Source: Octopus vulgaris (taxonomy: Eukaryota). Taken from it: a DNA stretch of 64,000 nt. Made by a program: the position numbers and the translations under genes. The first letter of the stretch is position 1, and every line of letters starts with the position of its first letter. The stretch is from assembly GCA_951406725.2 (NCBI GenBank), contig OX597814.1:4092001-4156000 (forward strand). The letters run 5' to 3'. The notes beneath the pieces were generated by a model. The model was not told the origin of the DNA and searched no databases. It saw only the letters and a program-made list of their open reading frames with translations. This document shows, one piece after another, positions 28,972 through 46,217 of this stretch.

Positions 28972-29645
28972 ATGTTTCTTTATTAGCCACACAGGGCTGC
29001 ACATAGACGGGACAAATTACAAGGTAGAGCTTTTCTTTTTGGAGATAAAAAAGGGGGGGGTTGGTTTTCGATCAAAAGGGATCGTAAAAGGAAAGAAAGA
29101 GGAAAGCAAAGGCAAAAAGAAAGTGTGTGGGGGGGGGTAGAAATAAAAGGAAAAAGAAAAAATCGATCAATAGGGATCGTTATCACAGAAATGTCAATAT
29201 AAAGTGTAAAGGGGAAGACAGGTGAGTTTTACCCGTGGAAAGGAAAGCCTACAGAGAAGACCACGGTAACCTCGGTCAATGAAGTCACATGTTATATATT
29301 TTCTTTTACAAATAAGCAACTATCTGTATTAATTTTTACGGTTCATAGGATCATGGTCAAGGTGGCTTAGTCATTCATACGTGCCATCCTTGCTACATTC
29401 ACCCATCTTTTTTTGAAACATTCACTAGACAAAACTTGCCTCTCTACTCTCACTTTCCTTTTCAAGTGGTACTTGAAGAAGTTGATGAGAGATTGACCAG
29501 AGAGGAAAGTGTTTGTCTCTAATCCTTTCAGGCGCGTCCACCAGATACATTCTTTCGCCATAGCCACAAGGATGATGAAAATAGCTCTTCCTTCCCGTTT
29601 GAAGGAAGGAGGCGTAACGATATTAACGATGGAGGATAAAGTCCG
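28972..29645 (-). mobile_element. Tx1/L1-like LINE 3' fragment
   Basis: IILVAMAKECIWWTR...FKYHLKRKVRVER...FKKRW resembles Tx1/L1 ORF2 C-termini; followed by a pyrimidine-rich 3' UTR ending in AATAAAGAAA. Confidence 0.7.
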
Positions 29646-29847
29646 AGTCACAAAGTAATATGGCTGCCGCTTTGTTTGATAATCGATTCGGGTGTGTCCA
29701 ATCTTTGGCTGCCTTATAAGAGACAGGGGCACCAGAACTAAAAGAAAACGGAAAGGAAAAACATATAAAATTTGCAGTTAGACCCTGATACGCGGAAAAT
29801 AACGGGAGAATCCATTATATTATTATACATTCAAATTTATAAATATG

Positions 29848-29893
<46 letters not shown>

Positions 29894-30046
29894 TGTGTGT
29901 CTGTGTGTGTGTGTGTGTATGTATGTGCATACTGTAGAAGTTTCGCAAAACACGTCAATTTTGTGTATACATGTGTGAGTATATATATAAATATATATAT
30001 ATACATGTGTGAGTATATATATATATATATATATATATACTCACAC

Positions 30047-30084
<38 letters not shown>

Positions 30085-30112
30085 GTGTGAGTATATATAT
30101 ATATATATATAT

Positions 30113-30570
30113 ACCGGAGTAAACACATAAATGTGAAACAAGGTGGAAAAAAGAGTACTCAAATACCAGTGGTAGAGTAATACGCTTTATTTAAAGCAGC
30201 AGAAAATTCAACAAAACCTGTTACTCTGAGTTTCACGTTGCCGTTCATCGGACAGTTTTTGCTAGAATAGAACCGATATGTCAATTCTATCCAGACTAGT
30301 ATAAACGCTACACCTTTAAAAATGGACTTGTTTGATTGGTCCTTTACAAATAACGGTCAATTTTCGAGCGATAAACAAAAATGAGCTCAAAAATTGACCG
30401 TTATTTGTAAAGGACCAATCAAACAAGTCCATTTTTAAAGGTGTAGCGTTTATACTAGTCTGGATAGAATTGACATATCGGTTCTATTCTAGCAAAAACT
30501 GTCCGATGAACGGCAACGCGAAACTCAGAGTAACAGGTTTTGTTGAATTTTCTGCTGCTTTAAATAAAGC
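30113..30570. mobile_element. HHR family H3: near-perfect ~185-bp-arm fold-back in (TA)n
   Basis: 30184-30368 is the reverse complement of 30385-30570. Each arm has ctgt CCGATGA A CG gcaa CG (C/T) GAAAC tcaga GTA acag (30499-30536 on +, mirror ~30218-30255 on -). Confidence 0.78.
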
Positions 30571-30861
30571 ATATATATATATATATATATACAAAATGGG
30601 ACAAGAACGCAAAATATTCAGAAGACGATACAAAAAACACGGACAGGTCATTCGAAGCCTTCAATCTTCAGTCAAGAACTGGATCATCCTCGCAATTTCG
30701 GCTGATTAATCTTGAGATTGCTCCAATCTGGCCTGCCCCAAGGAAAAACTAAGCTAAGCGCATTAGATTCCTTGGAAAAAAAGCTTCGAATGTATACGAA
30801 ACAAGGACGGGAAAACGGACGATGTTACATGAATATAAATACAAAAATAATACGAAAAAAC

Positions 30862-30875
30862 AATAATAATAATAA

Positions 30876-30906
<31 letters not shown>

Positions 30907-31233
30907 AAGAAGAAGAAGAAGAAGAAGAAGAAGAAGAAGAAGAAGAAGAAGAAGAAGAAGAAGATGAAGAAGAAGAAGAAGATGAAGAAGAAGAAGAAGA
31001 AGAAGAAGAAGAAGAAGAAGAAGAAGAAGAATAACAGGACATCACAACAGGCGTCTTTCGACTTAGACGAATTGTACTCAGCTGGCGTGTTAGGAATGTT
31101 CCTTGGGGCAGAGAAAAAATGTTGATGTTACCACGACCGCTATGTATGTATGTATGTATGTATGTATGTATGTATGTATGTATGTATGTATGTATGTATG
31201 TATGTATGTATGTATGTATGTATGTATGTATGT
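30862..31233. repeat. (AAT)n-(AAG)n and (TATG)n microsatellites
   Basis: Seen directly in the sequence. Confidence 0.9.
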
Positions 31234-31404
31234 ATAATCCAGGGATCGAGAGGTGTATTAAGAAAGTTAGCTTCGAGCAATCGTTAGTAAATATCAAAAA
31301 ACAACTTCCAGGGGCAAATAGTGGTTTATTGAGACGGAAGTTTGTGGATTACTTTTCTTTATCAAAGAACGATGAACTGAAAAAAAGTGTTTTTTATATT
31401 CCAC

Positions 31405-31750
31405 GGTAGGAATGGAATATGGAAAATCCGGGCTACTTATGTTTCATGGCGAGTGGAAGCTCAGAAGAGGTAAAAATCCAAATGAGGTGCATACCGCCGG
31501 CTACTCTTCAGGCCAAGAACACCTTGATTAGATTAAAAGGTTACACTGTCGCAAGGATTCAATCAGAACGCGTGTGGATCCTCTTTGAGTTAACATGTAC
31601 CTCCTTATGACAATGTAGCCTTTAATCTAACAAAGATATCCTCGGCCAGAAGACTAGCCTGTGGCATACACTTCACCTGGATTTTACCACTTCTGAGGTT
31701 CCACTCGCTATGAAGCATATGTAGCCCGGATCTTTCCTACTCCATTCCGC
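31405..31750. mobile_element. Old diverged fold-back (~150-bp arms) with an HHR motif in each arm
   Basis: Minus 31431-31514: ggc CTGAAGA...GAAAC ataa GTA gcc. Plus 31644-31726: ggc CAGAAGA...GAAGC atat GTA gcc. Confidence 0.68.
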
Positions 31751-31844
31751 AACTCTATTATATATATATATGTAGGTCCCGGGTTGAGTCGGGGTTAACC
31801 ACAGTAAATAAGGTACTCAATACATAGCAGAGTAAATTAATTTA

Positions 31845-31963
31845 TTATATAGAAGGAGTTCTATTAGGACTAGAACTGTTTCATTCAAAAGAAATCATCA
31901 GGAAGCTCACGATGATTTCTTTTGAATGAAACAGTTCTAGTCCTGTAGAAGCTCCTTCTATAA
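31845..31963. mobile_element. Short fold-back of two partial full-size HHRs
   Basis: Combined consensus gagcttc CTGATGA T TTC tttt GAA T GAAAC AG ttctagtc CT GTA gaagctc. Confidence 0.7.
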
Positions 31964-31989
31964 AATATATATATATATATATATATATT

Positions 31990-32300
<311 letters not shown>

Positions 32301-32507
32301 TATGCGTATATACAAATCCATATACACTCACACACGTATATATATGTATACATATATATGCAAATATATATATATATATATACAAGCAGACATGTATATG
32401 CATGTATATGGATAGGCATCTGTATGTAAGAGTATGGAGATGTGTTTCATCTCATGTGACGGTGTAGGTGTTGAGATAGCGTCTATGTGGTGACAATATT
32501 GGTGGAG

Positions 32508-32648
32508 AGTTCAAATTCCGCCAAGGTCGACTTTGCCTTTCATCCTTTCAGGGTCGATAAATTATGTAACAGTTGTGTACTGGGACTGATCTAATCGACT
32601 GCCCCCTCCCCAGAAAATTTCAGGCCTTGTGCCTTGAGTAGAAAAGGA
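32508..32648 (+). mobile_element. SINE family B, 5'-truncated
   Basis: gagttcaaattccgccaaggtcgactttgcctttcatcc. Confidence 0.8.
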
Positions 32649-32905
32649 TATTTGTGGAGAAGCAATATGGATGCGGTAATAGTGTTGCTGTTTGTCTTGA
32701 AATTGGTGTTGGTGTTGGTGTTGGTGTTGGTGTTGGTGGTGACGTTGCTGTGGTAACAGAATTGGTGAATGTAGTTTTATTTAGCTGCTAATATTTTGGC
32801 AATCGTCATGGAATTGGTAGTTCTGGTTTTTCAGAAATCTTTGGCTGTTGTAGTCATAAAAACAACCCCCTCGCCCACGTCGCTCCTCACCCATTCACAT
32901 CACCT

Positions 32906-32946
<41 letters not shown>

Positions 32947-33420
32947 AAAAACAATAAATATACAAGAAAACATGCAGCAAACAAATAAACAACAAACAAA
33001 CAAAAAACTATATACAACAACAACAACAACAACAATAAGAACGGAATATCAAAACCTTGGTAAAATGTTGCTGAAAACTGTGCAAACAAGACTTTTAGTC
33101 TGAGATAAGATTCCGCCTGTTAGAAAGACGTTGTCGTCACAAGTGAAAGGAAGATGGTACGAGCGACTGCTGCCTTTCAAAGCGATCTTTTCCAGGAAAT
33201 ATCAAAGACATTACTGGCTTTTTCCCCCGATTTGCTCGCGCAATACTTCAAGACGATTCCTCAGTCAAGTGGAATGGTGTGTCTAGTAGAGCGGAATTCC
33301 GAACTGTTCCACGCCAACACAGTATTGCTTTATCAAGCATGGAGAAACGGGTCCAGTACCAAAAACGGAATAAGAACTTGAAATAGTTATCTGTAAACTA
33401 TCTTCACAACACTGGCAGCT

Positions 33421-33451
<31 letters not shown>

Positions 33452-34239
33452 GCCGTTGCTGCTGCTGCTACTGCTGCTGCTGCTACCATGCCTCGTTTAA
33501 CTTCTATCTTTTCGTCATGACAGGGTGATGTAGAAATATGGCCGAGAGGGAAGAGAGACAGAGAGACAGAGAGAGACAGAGAGAGGGAGTGATAGACAGA
33601 GAGATAGAGAGAGAGATAGAGAGAGGGAGCGACAGACAGAGAGACAGACAGATGGACAGACAGGAGGGCAGGCAGAGAATGAGAGACAGACAGAGAGAAA
33701 GCTACAGACTGAAAGAGAGAAACAGACAGACACACAGAGAGACAGAGAGACAGAGAGAACGGACAGAAGAGAGAGAATGAGGGAGTATGTCTGTGTGTAT
33801 TTCTGGAGGTTTCTGTCTATGTATGGGGCGGGGATGGGGAGAAAGTATGCGAAATCTGGAGTGTGTATGTGTGTGTATGTGTGTATATATGTGTGGGTTT
33901 GTGCTGTGTATTGGAGTGTGTTTATCAGTACGTTTATGTGTTTGTATGTTTGTGTGTTTGTATAGATGTGAATGTTTTGTCAAGTGGTTAAGATGCTGGG
34001 ACTCACGGTAGCAAGTTCGTGAGTTCGATGCCCAGACCTTCGACTTGTTTTGTCCTTAAACACGGTACTTCATTAGTAATGCTGCTCCGTGTGTAATCAG
34101 CTGAAATGTATACCAGCAACATACTGGGGGTTCAATCATACATCGGAGAAGTATCCCATTCAGTGAGTACTCTTGAACTATCTCTGGTCTCTGTATTCTT
34201 ATTCGCTACACAGACCGGAATGAGTTCCGGTTTAATGAG

Positions 34240-35127
<888 letters not shown>

Positions 35128-35129
<2 letters not shown>

Positions 35130-35310
35130 GGGAGAGTTTACGAAAAAAATAAAAGACGAAGACAGGTGGTGTACAAAACAAACAGATGTATTAGTATAAC
35201 GCTCAGGAATAGAAAAAGTCTTTTACGTTTCGAGCCTACGCTCTTCTACAGAAAGGGGCACAGGAAAAAAACAGGGAGAGAAAAAATGTGTGTAGTGGAT
35301 AACGATCTAT
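35128..35310 (-). mobile_element. Family H1 copy, HHR-like motif at 35220-35255
   Basis: cttt CTGTAGA A GAGC GTAG GCTC GAAAC GTA aaag; very similar to 13165-13297. Confidence 0.78.
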
Positions 35311-36514
35311 CAAAGCGACTCAAGGTGTGTGTATGTATGTATGTATATATATATATACACACACACAAAATACATACATGCATGTCTGTTCACCTGTCAT
35401 CAAATACACGATTATGTTTGAGTTTTATCTTTTATTTTTCATATTTTTATTAGCTTTTTACAATTGGTTTGAAACAGCGGAGTCCTTAACTCTACATCTA
35501 ATTTTTCGCGACCTCCACAATCTGATAATTAGGACAGCATGGCCGCGGCCTTCGGGCCAAAACATTTTTAAGGATTTAAGGATATTTATTTGTATGTATG
35601 TCATTGTTCCGTTCATGTGATCATGTATGTATAGTGAAGAAGTTTCTTTCGTAATCAAGGAATTCGACGTCCGAGGTTCAATCCCTGACATCTTGAGCGC
35701 GTTTCCTTTACCCAACAATTCGGAGTGGAATTTGGTAGACGGAAATTGTACGGAAGCTTGTTTCATGAAGTGTAGCGGAGATCTAGATGTCGAGCCTTGT
35801 CACATACTCTGTCATACCGATGGGTACACATGACTATGGAATACTCAGACACTTATGTGTTAACTGAACGTGTCACGTTTTCATTCGGTCAAACAACTCA
35901 AGAGTCTTCCTCGAAAAAGACGGAGGCTCGGTCACATCGTTTTATTCCTTTAGAAGTTTCAGTCATCGTACCATGTCCCATGTTGGAACGAATTCCTATG
36001 AGTAGTTAATCGATCCCATCATTCCAAGTATTGATTTCGATCTGACAATATCTTATCGATTAGTCAAATAGCCATTTTAACGGTCGGTGTCGTGTTAAAC
36101 TCTCAGATATAAACAAATAAACACAAATACGAAGACACACACACGCACACACTCATATTGATATATATGTTTGTACACATACAAGGTGTCCATAAATTCA
36201 GGCAACTGCAGTTTCGGGGTTTGATAATCATCAATAAATGTGATAAGATATGAAAATTATACAATATTTATAAAAGCTTAGAGTGTCTTCTTTTTGTTTC
36301 GGACTAAATACATTCAGATTTATAAATTAAACAATGGCTATACACCGAAATACAATCGTAACCCTCCACAAAGGAGGCTAAAGTAATACAGCTGCAGCAA
36401 AAAAGCTTAACATTAACCGAACAACAGTCAGGAAAATTCTCAAGAAATTTCAAGAGACTGGTTCCACCGCTGATCGACCTGAATATCGGGAGCATTGATA
36501 TGTAAATACCGAAC

Positions 36515-37900
36515 AAGAATGAGTGCTCAACACCATCACATTGGTGGATAACATTTCTTTATTTTTGTATTGGTTTCATGTTAAGAAAAATATCGTGATA
36601 CCTTAACAATTTTTCAAGCTGATCGCATGGAGGAATGGTATCCGTCTCCAGTTTGCATGAAAACATGAAATGTCTCGGGAAATGTATCGGGAGTTCACAA
36701 AAGTCTTCAAGAATAGATAACATAAACTGCATTGAAGCAGAGGCATAGAGACCAAGAAGAGCCACAGACAGAGAAAAATCTTATGGTTTAACCCACCTTG
36801 TATCTAGGAAATTCTTAAAATTAATAGAGAATTACTTCCCATATTCACACAAATACCATAAGATCTTCAAACAGAAATACTGTTAAAGTTAGCCTTTCCA
36901 ATATAGAGTCAATAACACTCAACCACAATAAAAATAAACACATCAGGAACATTCCAAAGGACACTGTAACTGTAGATCTCCAAATACTGTCCTCTAAATA
37001 ATAATTCCTTGGAAAAAGAATTCGCAAGACCAAAGTCATGGATCCCAACGGAGCAACAAAATTGAATATCGGAATGACGGGCAACTCGTTCAAGGAAAGA
37101 TACACACAATACCTGGTGCCATTCAGGGACAAAAATAAAAGACATGCGACATTCCTATCCAAAATAATACGGACATTGAAAGAAGGAAGAGGATTAAACA
37201 ACTCCCACATAACATGGAGCATCATTGCTAAAGCCAGAAAAGACAGAGTACCAAATGAGAGCCAAATCACTGAAAAGTTAAATATTATAGTCAATAGATA
37301 TCATATTAAATATTAGAGATGAAACCTTCTCTCCCTGCAAACACAAGCAATATTTCACACTCTGGCATTTCAAAGAGGCACCACCACCTGCACCGCCAGC
37401 CTCACCAAGATTGTTTCTTTCCCTGAACGTGAACATTGAATATATACAACACACGAACTCCACACATAGAAGAAACATGCCCCTTCCTTGATGAACTCCT
37501 TCAACATACAAACACTCAAACATCACATATACCTAGAATATAATATAGTGGAAACAAATCCAACGTCCAACACGTTTTTTTCCAAAAGCCAAACCCGAGG
37601 AAGATAATCACTCAAAAGGTGTCATCCAAGAATAGTGCCATTTTATTTATTTGTTTTTTTTACGAGACCTTTTGTGAACTCCCGATACATTTCACGAGAC
37701 ATTTCATGTTTTCATCCAAAATGGAGTCGAACACCATTCCTCCTTATGATCGGCTTGAAGAATTGTTAAGACATTAAGATATTTTCCTTTACATGAAACC
37801 AATGGTAGTCTTAATACAAAAATAAAGAAATGTTATCCACCAATGCGGTGTTGAGTGCTCATATTTATATGATGAAGGCTGCGAAACGATCGTAGTTACA
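36515..37900 (+). mobile_element. 5'-truncated Penelope-like element: GIY-YIG endonuclease remnant with inverted pLTR
   Basis: KILWFNPP, FLKLIENYFP.SHKYHKIF.RNTVKVS, CNCR..CPL, IGMTGNSFKERY..SK...TWSII (36770-37250). 36520-36705 is the inverted copy of 37668-37862, which is followed by GAAACGATCGTA. Confidence 0.85.
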
Positions 37901-38334
37901 TGGATGTCAAATGGTGGAATAAATATTTTCATCTTATACCCCTCCTCTCTTTGTTTAGATCAGAGAAATCTTATCACCCAAACATTCAGCCTTTTAGTCA
38001 TTCAACCACTTATCTAATCATCACCTGTAACGAAGGGCAGATGGAGCTCTCCAGCCCAGTAAGGCAATTCACCTCGGAGAAGGCTGTCCAGTGTATAATC
38101 GATTCAAGTGCACGTTCGCTACGGCAGCTATCTTAGCCTGGTGAACCCCAATGGTGAGACGTCCAAGTCTAAAAGACAGAAAGAAAAGCCCGGCAACGAC
38201 GGAGAAGGGATGAAAACAAACGTTGAATGGCACTATAGTGACAGTCTCAGCTCCGCATGCACGTGCCGCTCTTCTTCTTGATCGTCGGTCAAAAGAAAAC
38301 TGCCGCCATTACCATATATGACTATTAATAAATT

Positions 38335-38930
38335 AATGATTGAACCATTTAAACTTATATAACGAGTTAAATCATTTAACCACCGAACCACCATTCAACC
38401 ATTGATATAAAGAACCAGTGAACCATTGAAGCATTGAACTATTGATCCACTCAATCTTTCGACCATTCCAACACTCAACCACACAGGAACCATTCATCGT
38501 TTAACCATTCAACCATCGAACAATTTAGCTATTCAGTCATTGGACCATTCACCCACTCGACCACTCATTCAGTCAACCATTTAATCGGTCGCTGTATATG
38601 ATCAGTTAACCAACTAACCAGTGAACCATTCAACCATTCAACCATTCAACCGTATATAACCAACAGTTTAACTATTGAACCATTTAACCATATATAACTC
38701 AATCGTTAAACCATTCAACCATATATAACCACTGAACCATTCAACTGTTTAACTATTGAACCATTTAACCATCCAACCATTCCAAAACCGATGAATCACC
38801 AAAACCCTTCAACCATCTCAGTATGCCATCACCAAACCAAGGAAATCAATAAACTACCAATACCATAAACCATGGAATCAATCGACCCTTGTATTTTTTC
38901 AAACCATTCAATAATTGAACCGTTGCCATG
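38335..38930. repeat. Degenerate ~8-bp tandem repeat (AACCATTC)n
   Basis: Dozens of aaccattc / aaccactg / aactattg variants. Confidence 0.8.
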
Positions 38931-39069
38931 GTTTTAGATATACACACACACACACATACATAAACTTTATTCATATACACACACATATACAGTATATATA
39001 TGTGTGCGTGTGTGTGTGTAAAAATATGTGCATACATGTTATACACACACACATATATGTATGGATATG

Positions 39070-39397
39070 CTTCACGTGATCACGATTGGCCAGACTATCT
39101 CATATTGTTATACATCGCTGGCCACAATGCGCTTCGAATTGTTTTAGCCTTTGAATGACTCCACCCTGCTGGCTGGGTAGGTGAGCAGGCCAACATTCTT
39201 CTCCCTCCCCCGCCGATCCGATTGGAAGGCTATTCCGTCACAAGGTGTGACCCATTTACAGCTGAGTGGACTGGTGCAACGTGAAACGAAGTGTTTCGCT
39301 CAAGAACACAGTGCATCCCCCTCCCGGTCCAAGAATTGAACCCACAATCTTGCGATCGTGAATGCAGCATCCTAACCACTGAGTCACGCACCTTCAC
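39070..39397 (-). mobile_element. SINE family C, full length
   Basis: tRNA-like head (tgactcagtggttagg / gggttcaattc) and tgtgttcttgagc core. Confidence 0.8.
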
Positions 39398-40178
39398 ATA
39401 TTATACATACACCCACCTATAAATATATATATGTAGGCGTGAGTGTGTTCATTTTTCTTACAATTCAAGTTTCAAGCTGTTGCGATCGTCAGTCGAATGC
39501 GTTTCATTTCTAATAATGCTTTTTTTCTTTTTATTCTTCTGTGGTTTCTTTCCATGGATCTAAATCACCGATTGGTTTTCTCCGTTGGTCCGTTTCGTTA
39601 TTATATCCGGTTTCTCGACAATTTTCCATCGTTTCCAGTCGCTCCTTTTTTTTCTTCTTTTTGGTATTGTGGTGCTATCTTTTTTTCAATGACCTAATCG
39701 TCTATAAATATCTCAATTACTTATAGACCATAACATTTACAATTAGGTTGTTTTTCTTTGTTGATTGGTTTCTACCAGTTTTTATCAGTCTATTTGTTTT
39801 TTGTTCGCATGAACCAGGCTTCATTGATAGCAATGTAAATTTCTTTTTTGCTATGGCAAATTCAATTTAGTTTCCTTTAAAGGTAAACGTAAAGCTACAT
39901 ATGATTCCATACTTTATTCCAGTATACTGTCACAGTATAGAATTCCATTCCATGCACAGAATCATACAATCTTCCCTCCAAAACCACTTTCAAATATCTT
40001 TCAATAAACGTACGATGAAACATATTAAGATTGTTCTTTTCCGCAAAATACCCTTGTAAAATGGGGGTGAGTCTTGGGGCATATTGTACCCTGGACTTTT
40101 TACTGCATATTTTGCATGTTTGGATTATGTTTGCTGGCCACTTTATCATTATTTTTATAGATAATGATAACTTATTTG

Positions 40179-40210
<32 letters not shown>

Positions 40211-40211
<1 letters not shown>

Positions 40212-41055
40212 CAAAGGTTGGACAGAATAATGGAAACACCTAAAAAAATTCCAACAAATTTATTTTAATATTGGGTCGGACCGCCTTTGGCAGTAATTGC
40301 AACTTAAATTCTACGAGGTATGTACTCATACAAAGTTTGAATTGTTTCCAAAGGAATTTTTGTCCATTCTTCAGCAAAAACAGTCTCCAGTTCTTGTAGT
40401 GATGATGGTGGAGGATATCGACTTCATACTTTTTTTCTAAAATGCTTAAATAGTCTTGATTATTAATTCTGCCATGAAGGGAAACCATTGGGCCGGCGGA
40501 TTTCCAAGATATAACACCCACCTCAGATCATCACAGATCCTCCTCCATGTTAAACAGTTGGAAGATGGCAATCTGGATCAAATGCTTCTTTTGGCTGTCT
40601 CCACACGTATATTCAGCCAGTGGTTGGAAATAAGGTAAAGGATGACTCGCCCGAGAAAATAACATTCTTCTACTGCCCTAGGGACCAGTTCTGTAGGTTT
40701 TTACTCCACTCTAAACACTTTCCAACGTTTTTTTTTTTTTTCAAACTAGTGGTTTTCTGATTGCAGCCCTCCCGTGAAATCCGGCTTTGTGCAGCGCCCG
40801 GCGAAAAGTTTTTTGTGGAAACTGGGTTCTCAAGTTGGTCATTAAGCTCTGCAGTAATTTTGGGAGCTGTACTTTTGTGATCCTTTCTAACAATTCGCGT
40901 AAGAGTCCGACGGTCCCTATCTGAAAGTTTTGGTTTTCTTCCGGAGTTTTGTTTCGACGAGGAGGTTTTTCCCTCTTTCTCAAAGGCTGTCATTACTTTC
41001 GAGACAGTACTTCTCGATACACCAAACATTTCGGCTGTTTTCGTTACGCTAATAT
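40211..41055 (-). mobile_element. Tc1-type transposon remnant
   Basis: HTH region AEMFGVSRSTVSKV..SGRKPKLSDRDRR..RRALHKAGFHGRAAIRKPL; frameshifts and internal deletion; one end TA-CAAAGGTTGGACAGAATAATGGAAACACC. Confidence 0.88.
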
Positions 41056-41142
41056 TTGGTCGAAAAATGTCTAAGTTATCTAAGAATATATACATTATAT
41101 GCATATATGTGTACGTGTGTGTGTGTGTGTGTGTGTGTGTGT

Positions 41143-41472
41143 AGGGGCGTCGTTTAGTGATTAGGGTATTCGACTCACGATCGAAGGGACATGAGTTCGA
41201 TTCCCGGACGCGCGTTGTCTCCTTGAGCAAGACACTTTTATTTCATGTTGCTCCAGTCCACTCTGCTGGCAAAAAGAAAAAAAGGGTAACACTTGTAATT
41301 CAAAGGGGCCAGCCTTCTCTCATTCTGTGCCATGTTGAATCTCCCCGAGAACTACGTTAAGGGTACTCAGTGTCTGTGAAGTGCTCAGCCACTTGCACGT
41401 TAATTTCATTGGCAGGCTGTTCAGTTCATCGGATCAACTGGAACCCTCGTCGTCGCAACCGACGGAGTGTTC
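41143..41472 (+). mobile_element. SINE family C variant
   Basis: tRNA-like head (gagttcgattccc) and tccttgagcaagacactt core. Confidence 0.8.
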
Positions 41473-41589
41473 CTATATATATATAAATGTGTGTGTGTGT
41501 GCATGAATATATACGTATACAGTCATTATGCGTAAATATTAAGATATTAAATGGTAATATACAAATTCATCCTTATTCTTTCAGCCAAT

Positions 41590-44905
<3,316 letters not shown>

Positions 44906-44943
44906 ATGATTTGTTTTGTATAGAATGCTTTCTGTTCGTATGG

Positions 44944-45374
44944 AAGGCGAGGTGGCAGAATCGTTTGCACGTTGGCGGAAAATGCTTCGCTGCATTCCTT
45001 CTGTCTTTGAGTTCGATATTCGCTCGCGTCGACTTTTCCTTTTCATCCCTTTCAGATTCGATAAAACAATTACCACCAGCGTACAGGAGTCGATATAATC
45101 GAACATCCCCTCCCCCAACATGTCAAGCCTTGTACCTATGACAGGAAGGATTATGCTGTGTGTATGTATGTGTGCAGACACACACACATGTACGCAACAA
45201 TATTTTATACACAAACATGTAGTAGCTTGCTAACCAGCCACATGGTTTCGGGTTCAGTCCCACTGCGTGGCACCTTGGGCAAGTGTCTTCTACTATAGCC
45301 TCGGGCCGACTAAATACTTGTGAATGGATTTGGTAGATGGAAACTGAAAGAAGCCCGTCGTATATATATGTGTT

Positions 45375-45380
<6 letters not shown>
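44944..45380 (+). mobile_element. Diverged SINE B (44944-45150) and SINE A head (45220-45380)
   Basis: Similarity to other copies in the window. Confidence 0.75.
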
Positions 45381-45415
<35 letters not shown>

Positions 45416-45444
45416 AGGTGTATTGCCACACAGGTAAAAATATA

Positions 45445-46166
45445 GGAGAATTTGTTGTTGAAAATGCACCTAAATTTGAAAAACTTGCAATTGTTTTTAA
45501 ATAAATTTACTTAAATACATACCAAACTAGTTTCAACAATATTTTTTGTTTATCAATGGTGAAAATTTTTTAATTATGATTTAGAAAAACATGTTTAAAA
45601 CATTCAATGGTTGCAAGTTTCAATAACATCAAATATGATTTAAATGTTCATAACATTCAATAATATAAAAAAATATGAATCATCTTGTTTAAATGCACAA
45701 AATTCAATAGTGTTAGAAGAAGTGATCAATAAGAAATATGGATCAGCAAAGTTTCGGCCTTACTGAGTTAAGAAGGAGAAAAACAAGGGAGAAATGAAGA
45801 TAGTAAAAATCGGGTTTTGATTGCAGTTTCTGTGATTCTTTTCCCGTCCTGTGCAGGGACTTTCGCTTATAACGGCGTTTTTTTTGGAATCCGGTGTATT
45901 TATAATTTTTTCCGTAAACGGATCTGATTTTTGATTCGTTAAAGTCCGGGTGACGTCTTGTTTTTCCGGAGGTCAAGTTTGTCGTTCTGCCTGGCTGGCT
46001 TCCCCCGTGGGGAACGGTCATCAGGCGTTCCAGCTGGTTGATTCTTTTAAAGGGTCATTTGTTGTATTTGCTGGTTTCGGTTTTGATCGGAGGTAAAAAT
46101 TTCATTTATTTAAAGACAATTACAGGTTTTTCAAATTTAGGCTCATTTTCAACAATAAATTTTCCT
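45445..46166. mobile_element. Unclassified element with ~62-bp inverted termini
   Basis: aggagaatttgttgttgaaaatgcacctaaatttgaaaaac at the left end matches the reverse complement of 46105-46166; flanked by TA. Confidence 0.6.
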
Positions 46167-46167
46167 A

Positions 46168-46183
46168 TATGTATGTATGTATG

Positions 46184-46217
<34 letters not shown>

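Noticed and set aside
30595-30850. Repeat family (also ~50150-50430, 54590-54765, 61290-61340, 63385-63530) with CTGAAGA and an upstream GCCGAAA
   Set aside because: It is a real dispersed repeat, but I could not build consistent stems or an NUH triplet, so it is not called as a hammerhead.
45985-46030. Minus-strand CTGATGA CCG..CGG string
   Set aside because: Followed by GGAAG rather than GAAA, with no valid stem III or cleavage site.
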